A stretch of DNA of 64,000 nt, from contig CAZWRN010000001.1 of the NCBI GenBank assembly GCA_964636275.1, positions 22,070 through 86,069 of the forward strand, given 5' to 3'. This stretch comes from an uncultured Gammaproteobacteria bacterium. Lineage in GTDB: Bacteria > Patescibacteriota > Microgenomatia > Daviesbacterales > UBA10151. The notes below the pieces were generated by a model, which searched no databases, was not told where the DNA came from, and saw nothing but the letters and a program-made list of their open reading frames with translations. The translations under genes were made by a program, and so were the position numbers. Positions 37,428-46,195 of this stretch are shown piece after piece; the first letter of the stretch is position 1, and each line of letters begins with the position of its first letter.

Positions 37428-39541
37428 GCAGTTGGCCAATGGGTGATCATGATGGATTTGCCTTCGTGGGGCAACTTTTGCCACAATTCTTCGGTTATAA
37501 ACGGCATGTAGGGATGTAAAAGTTCCAGTGATGTTCGAAAAACGTACTCTAAAACTGGTTGGGCTTCAGCTCGGCGCTCTTTGGTTGACTCGATATATTT
37601 ATCGGCAAATTCATGCCATATAAATTCATAGAGAGCTTCAGCACCGTCGTGAAATCTAAATTGTTCGATGGAGTGGGTTACTTTCTTAGTTGTATCGTTT
37701 AGTTTATTTAGTATTGCCTGATCATTGGCTGGTAATTGTTGTATTGTTAAACTGTTAAATTGTTGAGAAGCCTCTAGCGATTTGGCGTCTTCGGGTTTGA
37801 ATTCGATCAAGAATCTTCCTATATTCCAGAGTTTGTTGGTGAATTTTCGCATCGCGTCTAGCTTTGGATAAGATAAGGCTTGATCGTGTCCAAAGGCTGT
37901 TCCATAAACAAGTGCCATTCGGGCAGCGTCGGATCCATACTGGTCAACTATTTCCATAGGAGACACCACATTGCCTTTAGATTTAGACATTTTTTTACCA
38001 AGTGGGTCATTCACTAGACCGTGCAAAGCGACGTCAGTAAAAGGAACTTTACCGGTGACCAAAAGTCCCATCATGACCATTCTGGACACCCAGGCTTTTA
38101 AAATATCATAGCCGGTTTCCATGACACAGGTTGGATAAAACTTTTCAAAATCCCCTGGCATTGTTGTTTGCAGAGTGGCAAATGGCCATTGGCCAGAGGA
38201 GAACCACGTGTCGAAGGTATCCGTATCACGTGTGATATTGGTTGCACCACAATGCTCACAGGCTTCGGGAATCTCCCCTTCAGTGATAGACCATTTGTTA
38301 CACGTTTCACAATACCAGGCAGGGATGCGGATACCCCAGATATTTTGACGTGAGATGTTCCAGTCTTTCAAATTTTCCAACCACTGATAATACAGAGTCG
38401 CATAGTTGGTCGGGTGAATTTTGATCTCCCCTTTCTTGACTGCGTCGATTGCTTGATGTTTGAGTTCCTGAACATTGAGGTACCATTGCTCCATTGGAAG
38501 TGGTTCTAAAACTGTGCCACATTTGTAACAAGTCCCAACTCGGTTTTGATACTGGTCATCAATCTTTTCAATTAAACCTTTTTGCTGCATCTCCTCAACC
38601 ACTGCTTGGCGGGCTTCCAAGACTTTCATTCCAGCAAATTTACCAGCATGTTCATTCATTCGTCCATTAAAACCAATAACCTGTTTCATTTCCAGGTTAT
38701 GTCTTTTTCCCGTTTCAAAATCATTAAAGTCATGAGCTGGCGTGATTTTTACAACTCCTGTCCCAAACTCAGGATCAACGGATTCATCAGCAATAACTTT
38801 GATTTTAGCTGGACCCAAAACAGTCTCTATTTCCAGTTCTTGGTCAATGTATTGTTGGTATCTTTTGTCAGAAGGATGAACAGCGACTGCAGTATCACCA
38901 AATTTAGTTTCTGGTCTAGTAGTTGCTAATACAAGCGGACCATATTTGATGAAGTAGAGTGAACTGGTACGATCTTCATAGGCGACTTCTAGGTCACTAA
39001 ACCCAGTGCCGTGTTTGGTACAGTAATTGACCAATCGGTTGGAACGATAGATCATTCCCTGGTCAGACATCTGTTTGAAGGTTTTATAGACCACTTTGAC
39101 AACATCCGGATCGAGGGTGAATTTTTCTCTGGACCAGTCAACTGAAAAACCTAGACGTCTAAGCTGATTTTCCATTTTGGATTTGTTGGATTGGACATAG
39201 TCCCAGATCATCTGATAAAGAGTGTCTCGGTCGTAGTCAAAACGGGATTTTCCCTCTTTGGCTAAGTTTTTTTCAAACACAACCTGAGTTTCAAATCCTG
39301 CATGATCTGAACCAGGAACCCACAGAGCAGCATCCCCTTTCATTCGGTGATAACGAACCATGATGTCTTCAATACTCATCATGGCGTGACCAAAGTGCAA
39401 ATCAGCATTGGCATTGGGTGGGGGAAGAATGATGGTAAAAGGTTTACCGTCTGGATTTATCTCAGGTTGAAAGAAGCCTGAGTCTTCCCAGAACTGGTAC
39501 CATTTTTCTTCAACTTCATTTTGATTGTAAATTTTATCCAT
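37424..39541 (-). CDS. valS: Valine--tRNA ligase, short form without the C-terminal coiled-coil arm
   Basis: PPPNANADLHFGH, DHAG..TQ, DWNISRQ..WG, DTWFSS, KMSKSKGN, LHPYMPFITEELW. Confidence 0.96.
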   Translation of the reverse strand: MDKIYNQNEVEEKWYQFWEDSGFFQPEINPDGKPFTIILPPPNANADLHFGHAMMSIEDIMVRYHRMKGDAALWVPGSDHAGFETQVVFEKNLAKEGKSRFDYDRDTLYQMIWDYVQSNKSKMENQLRRLGFSVDWSREKFTLDPDVVKVVYKTFKQMSDQGMIYRSNRLVNYCTKHGTGFSDLEVAYEDRTSSLYFIKYGPLVLATTRPETKFGDTAVAVHPSDKRYQQYIDQELEIETVLGPAKIKVIADESVDPEFGTGVVKITPAHDFNDFETGKRHNLEMKQVIGFNGRMNEHAGKFAGMKVLEARQAVVEEMQQKGLIEKIDDQYQNRVGTCYKCGTVLEPLPMEQWYLNVQELKHQAIDAVKKGEIKIHPTNYATLYYQWLENLKDWNISRQNIWGIRIPAWYCETCNKWSITEGEIPEACEHCGATNITRDTDTFDTWFSSGQWPFATLQTTMPGDFEKFYPTCVMETGYDILKAWVSRMVMMGLLVTGKVPFTDVALHGLVNDPLGKKMSKSKGNVVSPMEIVDQYGSDAARMALVYGTAFGHDQALSYPKLDAMRKFTNKLWNIGRFLIEFKPEDAKSLEASQQFNSLTIQQLPANDQAILNKLNDTTKKVTHSIEQFRFHDGAEALYEFIWHEFADKYIESTKERRAEAQPVLEYVFRTSLELLHPYMPFITEELWQKLPHEGKSIMITHWPTA

Positions 39542-39607
39542 AGTTTTTAGTACAGAAGTACAAAGTGATAAGACAATTAATTATTTTTGTGATCTGTACT
39601 TGTAAGC

Positions 39608-39870
39608 ATAAAAAAACACGCGAAATCCCATTGTTGGGACGAGCGTGTCGTGGTACCACCCAAATTTATTAATATTTTTCGAGTGTAACGAGAAATTACA
39701 TTTAATTTTGGAAATTTCTCACTTTTTGAAACTTATTCAAAAAGAAAGCTCTGCTTACTTCGTTCGAAAAATAATAACCTTATTGAAAGCTGTAACGGGC
39801 AAACCCGGAAGAGTCTAATGGGTCCAAGGACCGTTCTTTCTTCAAACACAGGAGACGTTATTTCCTGATA
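39608..39870 (-). promoter_or_regulatory. T-box riboswitch (transcription attenuator) of valS
   Basis: Minus strand: stem CAGGA-AATAACGTC-TCCTG (Val GTC in the loop), GCCCGTTA, T-box AATTTGGGTGGTACCACG, terminator ACACGC..TCCCA-ACAA-TGGGA..GCGTGT-T6. Confidence 0.88.
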
Positions 39871-39875
39871 GGGTG

Positions 39876-39904
39876 ATTATACGATATTTGGTGTAAATTG
39901 ACAA
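39876..39904 (-). promoter_or_regulatory. Sigma70 promoter of the valS T-box leader
   Basis: TTGTCA-17 nt-TATAAT on the minus strand. Confidence 0.75.
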
Positions 39905-39905
39905 T

Positions 39906-40406
39906 TTAATTTTTTTCTATCTTCATTGGTCTGGTTACATAACTCACATTGATTTTTTTCTGATTATAGGTTGAAGGAAGTATTCCGCCATTTTTCCTTC
40001 TAAACCAGAAAGTGATATTTTCAGCATTTGTTTCAATACTTTCTAGATTTGCTCCGGGAATTGTTGTTTTGATAGCTCCATTCATGATTATGATTCGGCG
40101 AAGTCCTTGTTGTTTCCATTCTTCAGCAGTGATTAATTCTGAAGGACGTAAATTTTCGATTTCGTCTTCTAGAAATTTACCTCCCACATTGTGAGATAAA
40201 AAAATAGCTGGTAAGTGTTCTATATAGACAGGCCAACCCATTGAATCTGGAAATCTAGTTTCGGATAAAGCAGAGGGATCACTTAAAGTTCCATATTCTG
40301 TCCAGCGGCCAATGGTTCTACTAGGATTTTCTCTCCAAACTCTAGCTCGAGAACTAAAATGACGATCGGCAGAGTCAGAATAGTCTCGGTCATTATCGAG
40401 GATCAT
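39906..40406 (-). CDS. Hypothetical protein
   Basis: 166-aa ORF overlapping the tsaD stop by 4 nt; no family recognised. Confidence 0.65.
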   Translation of the reverse strand: MILDNDRDYSDSADRHFSSRARVWRENPSRTIGRWTEYGTLSDPSALSETRFPDSMGWPVYIEHLPAIFLSHNVGGKFLEDEIENLRPSELITAEEWKQQGLRRIIIMNGAIKTTIPGANLESIETNAENITFWFRRKNGGILPSTYNQKKINVSYVTRPMKIEKN

Positions 40407-41572
40407 AGTGTTAGATTTGGATCTGCCTGTAATTGTATAATATTATCTATGGGTTTTGCAAAAAAAGCTGCTGAGGCAATCATAGCGGCGTTGTCGCCGC
40501 AATATTTGAGATTGGGGAAATGAATGGTAGCTTCCAGCTTTGAGCTTTTAGCTTCAAGTGTTAGTTGGTCGCGGAGTTTTTGATTAGCAGAGACTCCTCC
40601 CCCGACGATAATTGTCGAAACATTGTTTTCCCGAGCAGCTTTGATAGTTTTTTTTACTAAAGATTTGACGATAGTATTTTCCAGGGTTGCACACAGATCT
40701 TTGGCTTCTTGGGTATCATTTTCAATATTTTTTTCTTTAACTAGATTGAGAAAGGCTGTTTTAAGACCAGAAAAAGAGAAATCAAAATCATGTGAGTTAC
40801 TCATTGGTAAAGGCAGAGTAAATTTTTTTGGATTTCCTTCTTTAGCTAGCTGGGAGATCTTGGGGCCACCCGGATAGGGATAGCCCAAAAGCCGGGCACA
40901 TTTATCAAAACATTCACCTGCAGCATCATCTCTGGTGCCGCCAATATATAAATATTTGTTATGGGATTTGAACAAAACCAGATCGGTGTGACCTCCAGAA
41001 ACGAGTAGACCGATACAGGGGAATTCAGGTTCTTTCCAGTTACCGGTTTTCGGTTGTCTGTTATCAGAATTAAGTTGATCAGTTATCGGTTTATCAGTTT
41101 TAGAAACAGACTGACCGACAACAGATAGACTTTCACCTGAAAACTGATGACTGAAAACTGATGACTGACTAATCCAGTTAGCATAGTAATGACCTATGAG
41201 ATGATTGATAGGCAATAGTGGCTTATTCCAGGCTAGTGCCAGAGTCTTGGCTGTTTCGACTCCGACGAGTAAAGAACCGATTAAACCAGGTCCATAGGTT
41301 ACTGCTATAGCATCTATCTGACTGATTTGTTGTGTCAATGTCTCAGTAGGAAACGCTTGAGATAATGCCTCTTTTAATACAGGGATCATGGCTTTTACCT
41401 GCTCTCTGGCTGCCTGTTCTGGGATGATTCCGCCAAATTTAGCCTGTATTTCGGCTGAGGAAGCTATAACACTGGATAAGACTACTATTTCATCGCCGGT
41501 TTTTTTTAATATTGCGGCAGCTGTTTCGTCACAGGATGTTTCAATGCCGAGAATTATCTTAAAGTCATTCAT
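40403..41572 (-). CDS. tsaD: tRNA N6-adenosine threonylcarbamoyltransferase with repeat-derived insertions
   Basis: ILGIETSCDETAAA, GPGLIGSL, NHLIGH, LLVSGGHT, TRDDAAGE.FDK, DFSFSGLKTA, GGGVSAN, DNAAMIA. Confidence 0.97.
   Translation of the reverse strand: MNDFKIILGIETSCDETAAAILKKTGDEIVVLSSVIASSAEIQAKFGGIIPEQAAREQVKAMIPVLKEALSQAFPTETLTQQISQIDAIAVTYGPGLIGSLLVGVETAKTLALAWNKPLLPINHLIGHYYANWISQSSVFSHQFSGESLSVVGQSVSKTDKPITDQLNSDNRQPKTGNWKEPEFPCIGLLVSGGHTDLVLFKSHNKYLYIGGTRDDAAGECFDKCARLLGYPYPGGPKISQLAKEGNPKKFTLPLPMSNSHDFDFSFSGLKTAFLNLVKEKNIENDTQEAKDLCATLENTIVKSLVKKTIKAARENNVSTIIVGGGVSANQKLRDQLTLEAKSSKLEATIHFPNLKYCGDNAAMIASAAFFAKPIDNIIQLQADPNLTL
41036..41170. repeat. 7-nt periodic palindrome (TCAGTTW/WAACTGA) inserted in frame in tsaD
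   Basis: ccagtta-ccggttt-tcggttg-tctgtta-tcagaat... / ...aaactga-tgactga-aaactga-tgactga. Confidence 0.88.
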
Positions 41573-41744
41573 AGCGTAAGTTTAAAGCGTAAAGCATGAA
41601 GGGTAAAGGGTGAAGTTCATTAGTTTAATTTCTAAGTCCTCTAACTTCTAATATCTAAACAAATACCAAAATAAAAATATCAAAATTTTAGAAATTGAGA
41701 TTTAATAATTGTTTAGGTCAATTAGGAATTAGTAATTAGAAATT
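41573..41744. repeat. AAGCGTA tract followed by a TTTCTAA-family palindrome
   Basis: agcgtaa-gtttaa-agcgtaa-agcatga-agggtaa-agggtga; then aatttct-aagtcctct-aacttct-aatatct-aaac ... gtttag...ttaggaa-ttagtaa-ttagaaa. Confidence 0.8.
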
Positions 41745-42302
41745 CTAGATCAGCTTTATCTCTGCCAAGGTGTTGTGCTGATGGAAAGAGTGATCTGGGA
41801 CGGACTCAAAGAGCTTGATTGAATCCACTTTGATAGGGTCAAAATCGATCTGTTCAATCTTTTCAAATTCAGCTTCCTGAAAAGGGGTGATTTCAAAATT
41901 GTTGATCTTTCCTAAAGCAATGTGAGGTATAAACCTTCTATCATCGACATCCATACCGAGTTTTTCTATCCCGTCTTTGATACGGTGCCTGAGTAAAAAG
42001 AGTTTATCTATCTCGCCTTTAACACCAATCCAGATCACTTTGGCGGTGTGTAATTGAGGAAAGCCGTCAATATAACCAGGAGTGACAGAAAAAGGCGGAA
42101 TGTCTCTGGTGGCTTCTGTCATTATTTCTATTAAAGGGTCTTTCATATCATCGGGCTGTTCGCCAACAAAAGCGATTGTTAAATGAAACTTATCTGGATC
42201 CTGCGGTTTAAAGTCCGGGACTAAGTCGATAATTTTTTGCTGAGCCATATGAAGCTCCTGTTTGCTATTTTCTGGGATTTCCAGAGAGATAAAAAAACGC
42301 AT
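41745..42302 (-). CDS. thpR: RNA 2',3'-cyclic phosphodiesterase (2H, LigT)
   Basis: MRFFISL, HLTIAFVG, FIPHIALG. Confidence 0.9.
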   Translation of the reverse strand: MRFFISLEIPENSKQELHMAQQKIIDLVPDFKPQDPDKFHLTIAFVGEQPDDMKDPLIEIMTEATRDIPPFSVTPGYIDGFPQLHTAKVIWIGVKGEIDKLFLLRHRIKDGIEKLGMDVDDRRFIPHIALGKINNFEITPFQEAEFEKIEQIDFDPIKVDSIKLFESVPDHSFHQHNTLAEIKLI

Positions 42303-42364
42303 AGAATTAGTTTAGAGCGTTTAGCCTTTAGCGTAAAGTGGAGGTTTGGTGTATAGTTGTTTTT

Positions 42365-42805
42365 ATGAAAATTGAAACAATTACCCTTTGTTCCAGTGCA
42401 TCGATGTATGAAAAATTGATCCTGATTGAAAAAGAGCTGTTGAAAGTGGGTTTTAAGGTGTTGGTTCCCTTGAGTGCTAGGAAGATGGAGGAAAAAGGGG
42501 ATTTTTCTATGACAGGAAAAAAAGCCTGGTTAAAAGACCCTAATTTATTTTATCACAAAAAAGCTTTAATGGATGCGCATTTTAAAAAAGTTGAAGCAGG
42601 TGATGCAGTTTTGGTGGTGAATATGGATAAAGGAGATATTAATGGTTACATTGGAGGGAATGTCCTGATGGAGATGATGTTGGCCTATTGGCTAAAGAAA
42701 CCGATCTATATATGGAAGCAAGTGGAACCAGAGAATCCTTTTTATGAGGAAATATTGGGAATGAATGTACAGTTTTTAAATGAAGACTTAACTAACCTTC
42801 TTTAG
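42365..42805 (+). CDS. Nucleoside 2-deoxyribosyltransferase-like protein
   Basis: ITLCSS, HFKKVEAGDAVLVVN...GYIGGNVLMEM.LA..LKKPIY. Confidence 0.65.
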   Translation: MKIETITLCSSASMYEKLILIEKELLKVGFKVLVPLSARKMEEKGDFSMTGKKAWLKDPNLFYHKKALMDAHFKKVEAGDAVLVVNMDKGDINGYIGGNVLMEMMLAYWLKKPIYIWKQVEPENPFYEEILGMNVQFLNEDLTNLL

Positions 42806-44603
42806 TTCCTACCAGATAAACTGCTTGCCAAGGACGGTAGTTGGAGCGGAAGGTGTCGTTGTAAAGTGTTTGTCCGGCGCGTTCAACTTTTCGGGTAAAG
42901 ACTACATTGGCTCCATTGGCTGCCCAGTCAACTTGTTTGACGGTGCCTTTGGGTAAAGTGGGATCATCTTGTCTGAGTTCAGGTGGAGCCGGAGTGACAC
43001 TGGTGATGACTGGAGTAGAGACCGTTGCCACCCGACCGTCTGAAGTACCATAAAAATCGATTGTCAGACTGGTACCAACTACTTTGGCCTGGATCAGGAT
43101 GTAGTGAGCGGTATCGTTTTTAAATTTAAAATCTACCGTAGGCGAAAAAATAGTGGCATCGATTCCAGGCGGATAGCCTTGTTCATAATAACCGACTCGG
43201 TAAGCATGAGCGACTCGGTTGGTGATCTGGACACCGGCATTTAAAGCGGCGCGAAAGATAGTGGTGGATACCTGGCAAACACCCCCGCCATCATCTAGTA
43301 CAGTGCGTCCACTTTTGATGACATAGGCTTGTTTGTATCCACTGGCGGCGGATATATCTCCCACTGTATTTACAAAAGAAAATTCTTCTCCTGGTGCGAC
43401 GAGCACACCATTAATTCGAGCAGCGGCCAGTCCGACATTGTAGATACGTCCTTCTATTGATCCAGCAAAGTTGGATTGCCCTCGGCCAATCAGCTCTTTA
43501 ATACCGTAGTCGTTGACTAGCTGATTTTTAGGATGAGTGATCTCCACCGGTAATTCGATCAGTTGTTTATTGCTGGTCAAAAGTGCTTCATTGAGCCTGT
43601 CGATAGCAAGAGGGATGTTCAAAGTCTGACCTTCGACTGGTGGTTGGAACTCTTTGATTTTTGGTCTATTTGGATCGGCGGTGTTCTCAACAGAAAAAAG
43701 AGGTTCTTGCGATGGTCGATCAATTGAAGTGGCGATGGTTTTAAAGTAATTGGTTACTTTTTGATGGTTCAGAGTGAGAGTGGTATCTGTTAGGTTTTGT
43801 TCGCCAATCTCTACAGACTCAATAATAATAGGTTGTCCAGCCAAATTGATGGATGCTAGTGTTGGCTGAGAAGACTGCATATCTATCAGGTTGACCAGAT
43901 CATTTATAGTCAAAGTATAGACTTTGTCTTTAAAAGTTAGTTGGAGTGGTTGGAGTTTGATCTCATCGAGTCGTTTTTTTATTTTTAGAGCTGTTTCATA
44001 GGATAGCCGAGGTGGTGCTGATCTGACTTGAATCTGATCACTGATCATCTGATCTCCGTTCATAAAATTAGTAATTTGCCTTTTGAGTGCTGTTTCATCG
44101 AATTCGAGTCCGGATTGAGACGGTGTGACAACTATTTGTTCACCATCGACTTTGATTTGTGAATCAATTGGTGGTTGATTGAGTTTGGTTGAGATTTGTT
44201 GAAGTTTGAAATCAAAAGATGGTTTATAACTGACTTCTATTTCGACAGTTTTTGGTGGAAAATATAGTTTTTGGTGACCATAAGTAAAAGCCTCAGCCAA
44301 GGCTCCCTGACTATCAATAAGTATGTCTTCGGATGCCAGCTGGATCATCAGATCTTCGGTATCTGTGGCATATCTAAATTGAGATTTTTGGTTTAAACGA
44401 TCTTTAAAGGTTTGATCTATTTTAGATTTAGCTTGGGGGATGGTGAGAAATGATACATCAACGCCGGCTATTTTGACGCCGGGATACATTTTATCAAACA
44501 AAAAAAGCCAGCTTACCACTAGTAAAAAAATTACCCCTAAGATACTAATCAAAATATAACCGAAAATAGGTACAAAATGGTTGTTTTTTTTCTGTTTGCT
44601 CAT
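42792..44603 (-). CDS. VanW-family protein with PG-binding repeats and G5-like C-terminus
   Basis: YPGVKIAGVDVS, PGEEFSF, GGGVCQVSTT.FRAAL, DFKFKN. Confidence 0.9.
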   Translation of the reverse strand: MSKQKKNNHFVPIFGYILISILGVIFLLVVSWLFLFDKMYPGVKIAGVDVSFLTIPQAKSKIDQTFKDRLNQKSQFRYATDTEDLMIQLASEDILIDSQGALAEAFTYGHQKLYFPPKTVEIEVSYKPSFDFKLQQISTKLNQPPIDSQIKVDGEQIVVTPSQSGLEFDETALKRQITNFMNGDQMISDQIQVRSAPPRLSYETALKIKKRLDEIKLQPLQLTFKDKVYTLTINDLVNLIDMQSSQPTLASINLAGQPIIIESVEIGEQNLTDTTLTLNHQKVTNYFKTIATSIDRPSQEPLFSVENTADPNRPKIKEFQPPVEGQTLNIPLAIDRLNEALLTSNKQLIELPVEITHPKNQLVNDYGIKELIGRGQSNFAGSIEGRIYNVGLAAARINGVLVAPGEEFSFVNTVGDISAASGYKQAYVIKSGRTVLDDGGGVCQVSTTIFRAALNAGVQITNRVAHAYRVGYYEQGYPPGIDATIFSPTVDFKFKNDTAHYILIQAKVVGTSLTIDFYGTSDGRVATVSTPVITSVTPAPPELRQDDPTLPKGTVKQVDWAANGANVVFTRKVERAGQTLYNDTFRSNYRPWQAVYLVGTKEG

Positions 44604-44622
44604 GGCTGATATTGTAACAAAT

Positions 44623-44729
44623 TTAGAAGATAGATGGTGGAGGGTAGAAGATCGGATTCGATAGTAGAATATAGAGATTAGCTTCTATTTTCCATCTTCC
44701 ATATTCTACCACCATCTTCAATCCTCTAT
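44623..44729. repeat. Periodic (7-nt) palindromic element, TAGAAGA/CTATCTT family, empty form
   Basis: tagaaga-tagatgg-tggaggg-tagaaga... / ctatttt-ccatctt-ccatatt-ctaccac-catcttc-aatcctc; same family as the arms at 17881 and 18304. Confidence 0.85.
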
Positions 44730-44738
44730 AATAGATGT

Positions 44739-46142
44739 ATGTTTCGTTATCTGATCATCGGAGTGATTGCTTTTGCTATTTTATCGGCATTTTTATTTTG
44801 GAAATTCGGTCCTGATCTTTTTAAAAAAGAAGAACCCCCAACAGCTTCAGAACTGACTATTTGGGGTCTGTGGGAAGATGAATCCTTGCTCCAGCCGGCT
44901 TTTGAAGAGTACAAAAAGACCCACCCAAATTTAGTAATTAAATATGAGTATCAGTCTTCTTTAAACTACCGTTCACGAACTCAAACCAAAATAACTCAAG
45001 GCGAGGGGCCGGATATTTTGATGATTCATTCGACTTGGGTTCCAATGTTTTTGAAATCAAACTCTTTAGCAGCTGCGCCTGCTGAGGTAGTGCCGATGGC
45101 AGATTTTATGAAAGAGTTTAATCCAGTGGTAGTGGAAGACTTTACTAATTATAAAATGCTGGAAGATCAGATAAATCGTTCGCCAAATATTAAAGACAAA
45201 ACGAAAGCTTTGCAGGAACAATTTGTTAAAAGTGGCAAAATCTATGGAATGCCCAGAGGTATCGATGGTCTGGCTTTGTATGTAAATATGGATATATTAC
45301 AAAATATTGGAGGCCAAGTTCCTGTTACCTGGAATGAATTTAAAGATACAGCTTTTAAAGCCACTGTTGCACAAGATGGAGTCATTCAGACAAGTGGGGC
45401 AGCTATTGGTCTGACTGGAAATGTGGATCATTGGTCGGATATATTAGGCCTTTTATTTAGCCAACAGCCAGGGGCCAATATTGCAGCTCCAAACGACCAA
45501 AATGGGGCTGATGTTGTAAAGTTTTATACCGATTTTGTGCGCAATAAAGATATTAAAACCTGGGATAGTACAATGCCTCGGTCGACCGAGGCATTTGCAT
45601 CAGGTAAAGTACTGTTTTATTTTGCTCCTTCATGGCGGGCACATGAGCTGCGTCAATTAAATCCAAGTTTGAATTTTAAAATTTTCCCTGTTCCGCAGTT
45701 GGCAAGTAAAAAAGTAGCCTGGGCCAATTACTGGGGATATGGAGTCTCTTCACAAAGTAAATTTCAGAAAGATGCCTGGGAAATGGTGAAATTTTTAACC
45801 GCCGCTAATACAGAAAGCTTACTTTATCAGCAGGCCTCTACTGCAGAAGATCGTTTGTTTGGTCTTCCTTATGCCAATGTGACACTACAACAGCAACTCC
45901 AAGCCGATCCTTTGGTCGGAGCATTTGTCTCTCAGGGGCCTTACTATAAATCATGGTATTTGTCCTCGGATACCAAGGATCAAGGAATTAATGATGAGAT
46001 GATAAAATATTTTGAGGATGCGGTAAATGCAACTGCGCAAGGAAGTGATCCCCGTGGTGCACTTGAAACGACAAAAAAAGGTGTTGACCAGATTTTAGAT
46101 AAATATATCAACCCTTCGGCTGCATCACCAAGTCCAAAATAA
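44739..46142 (+). CDS. Extracellular solute-binding protein (family 1, sugar-type)
   Basis: LTIWGLWE, GPDI, GKIYGMP...DGLALYVN, P.TW.EF, AWEMVKFL. Confidence 0.88.
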   Translation: MFRYLIIGVIAFAILSAFLFWKFGPDLFKKEEPPTASELTIWGLWEDESLLQPAFEEYKKTHPNLVIKYEYQSSLNYRSRTQTKITQGEGPDILMIHSTWVPMFLKSNSLAAAPAEVVPMADFMKEFNPVVVEDFTNYKMLEDQINRSPNIKDKTKALQEQFVKSGKIYGMPRGIDGLALYVNMDILQNIGGQVPVTWNEFKDTAFKATVAQDGVIQTSGAAIGLTGNVDHWSDILGLLFSQQPGANIAAPNDQNGADVVKFYTDFVRNKDIKTWDSTMPRSTEAFASGKVLFYFAPSWRAHELRQLNPSLNFKIFPVPQLASKKVAWANYWGYGVSSQSKFQKDAWEMVKFLTAANTESLLYQQASTAEDRLFGLPYANVTLQQQLQADPLVGAFVSQGPYYKSWYLSSDTKDQGINDEMIKYFEDAVNATAQGSDPRGALETTKKGVDQILDKYINPSAASPSPK

Positions 46143-46195
46143 TATAATCCATAAAGGCTGATATATCATGGGTGATGTATATCAAATAATTAGTA

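Noticed and set aside
41036-41170. Intein or group I/II intron in tsaD
   Set aside because: Too short; no C/S...HN splice motifs and no intron core elements.
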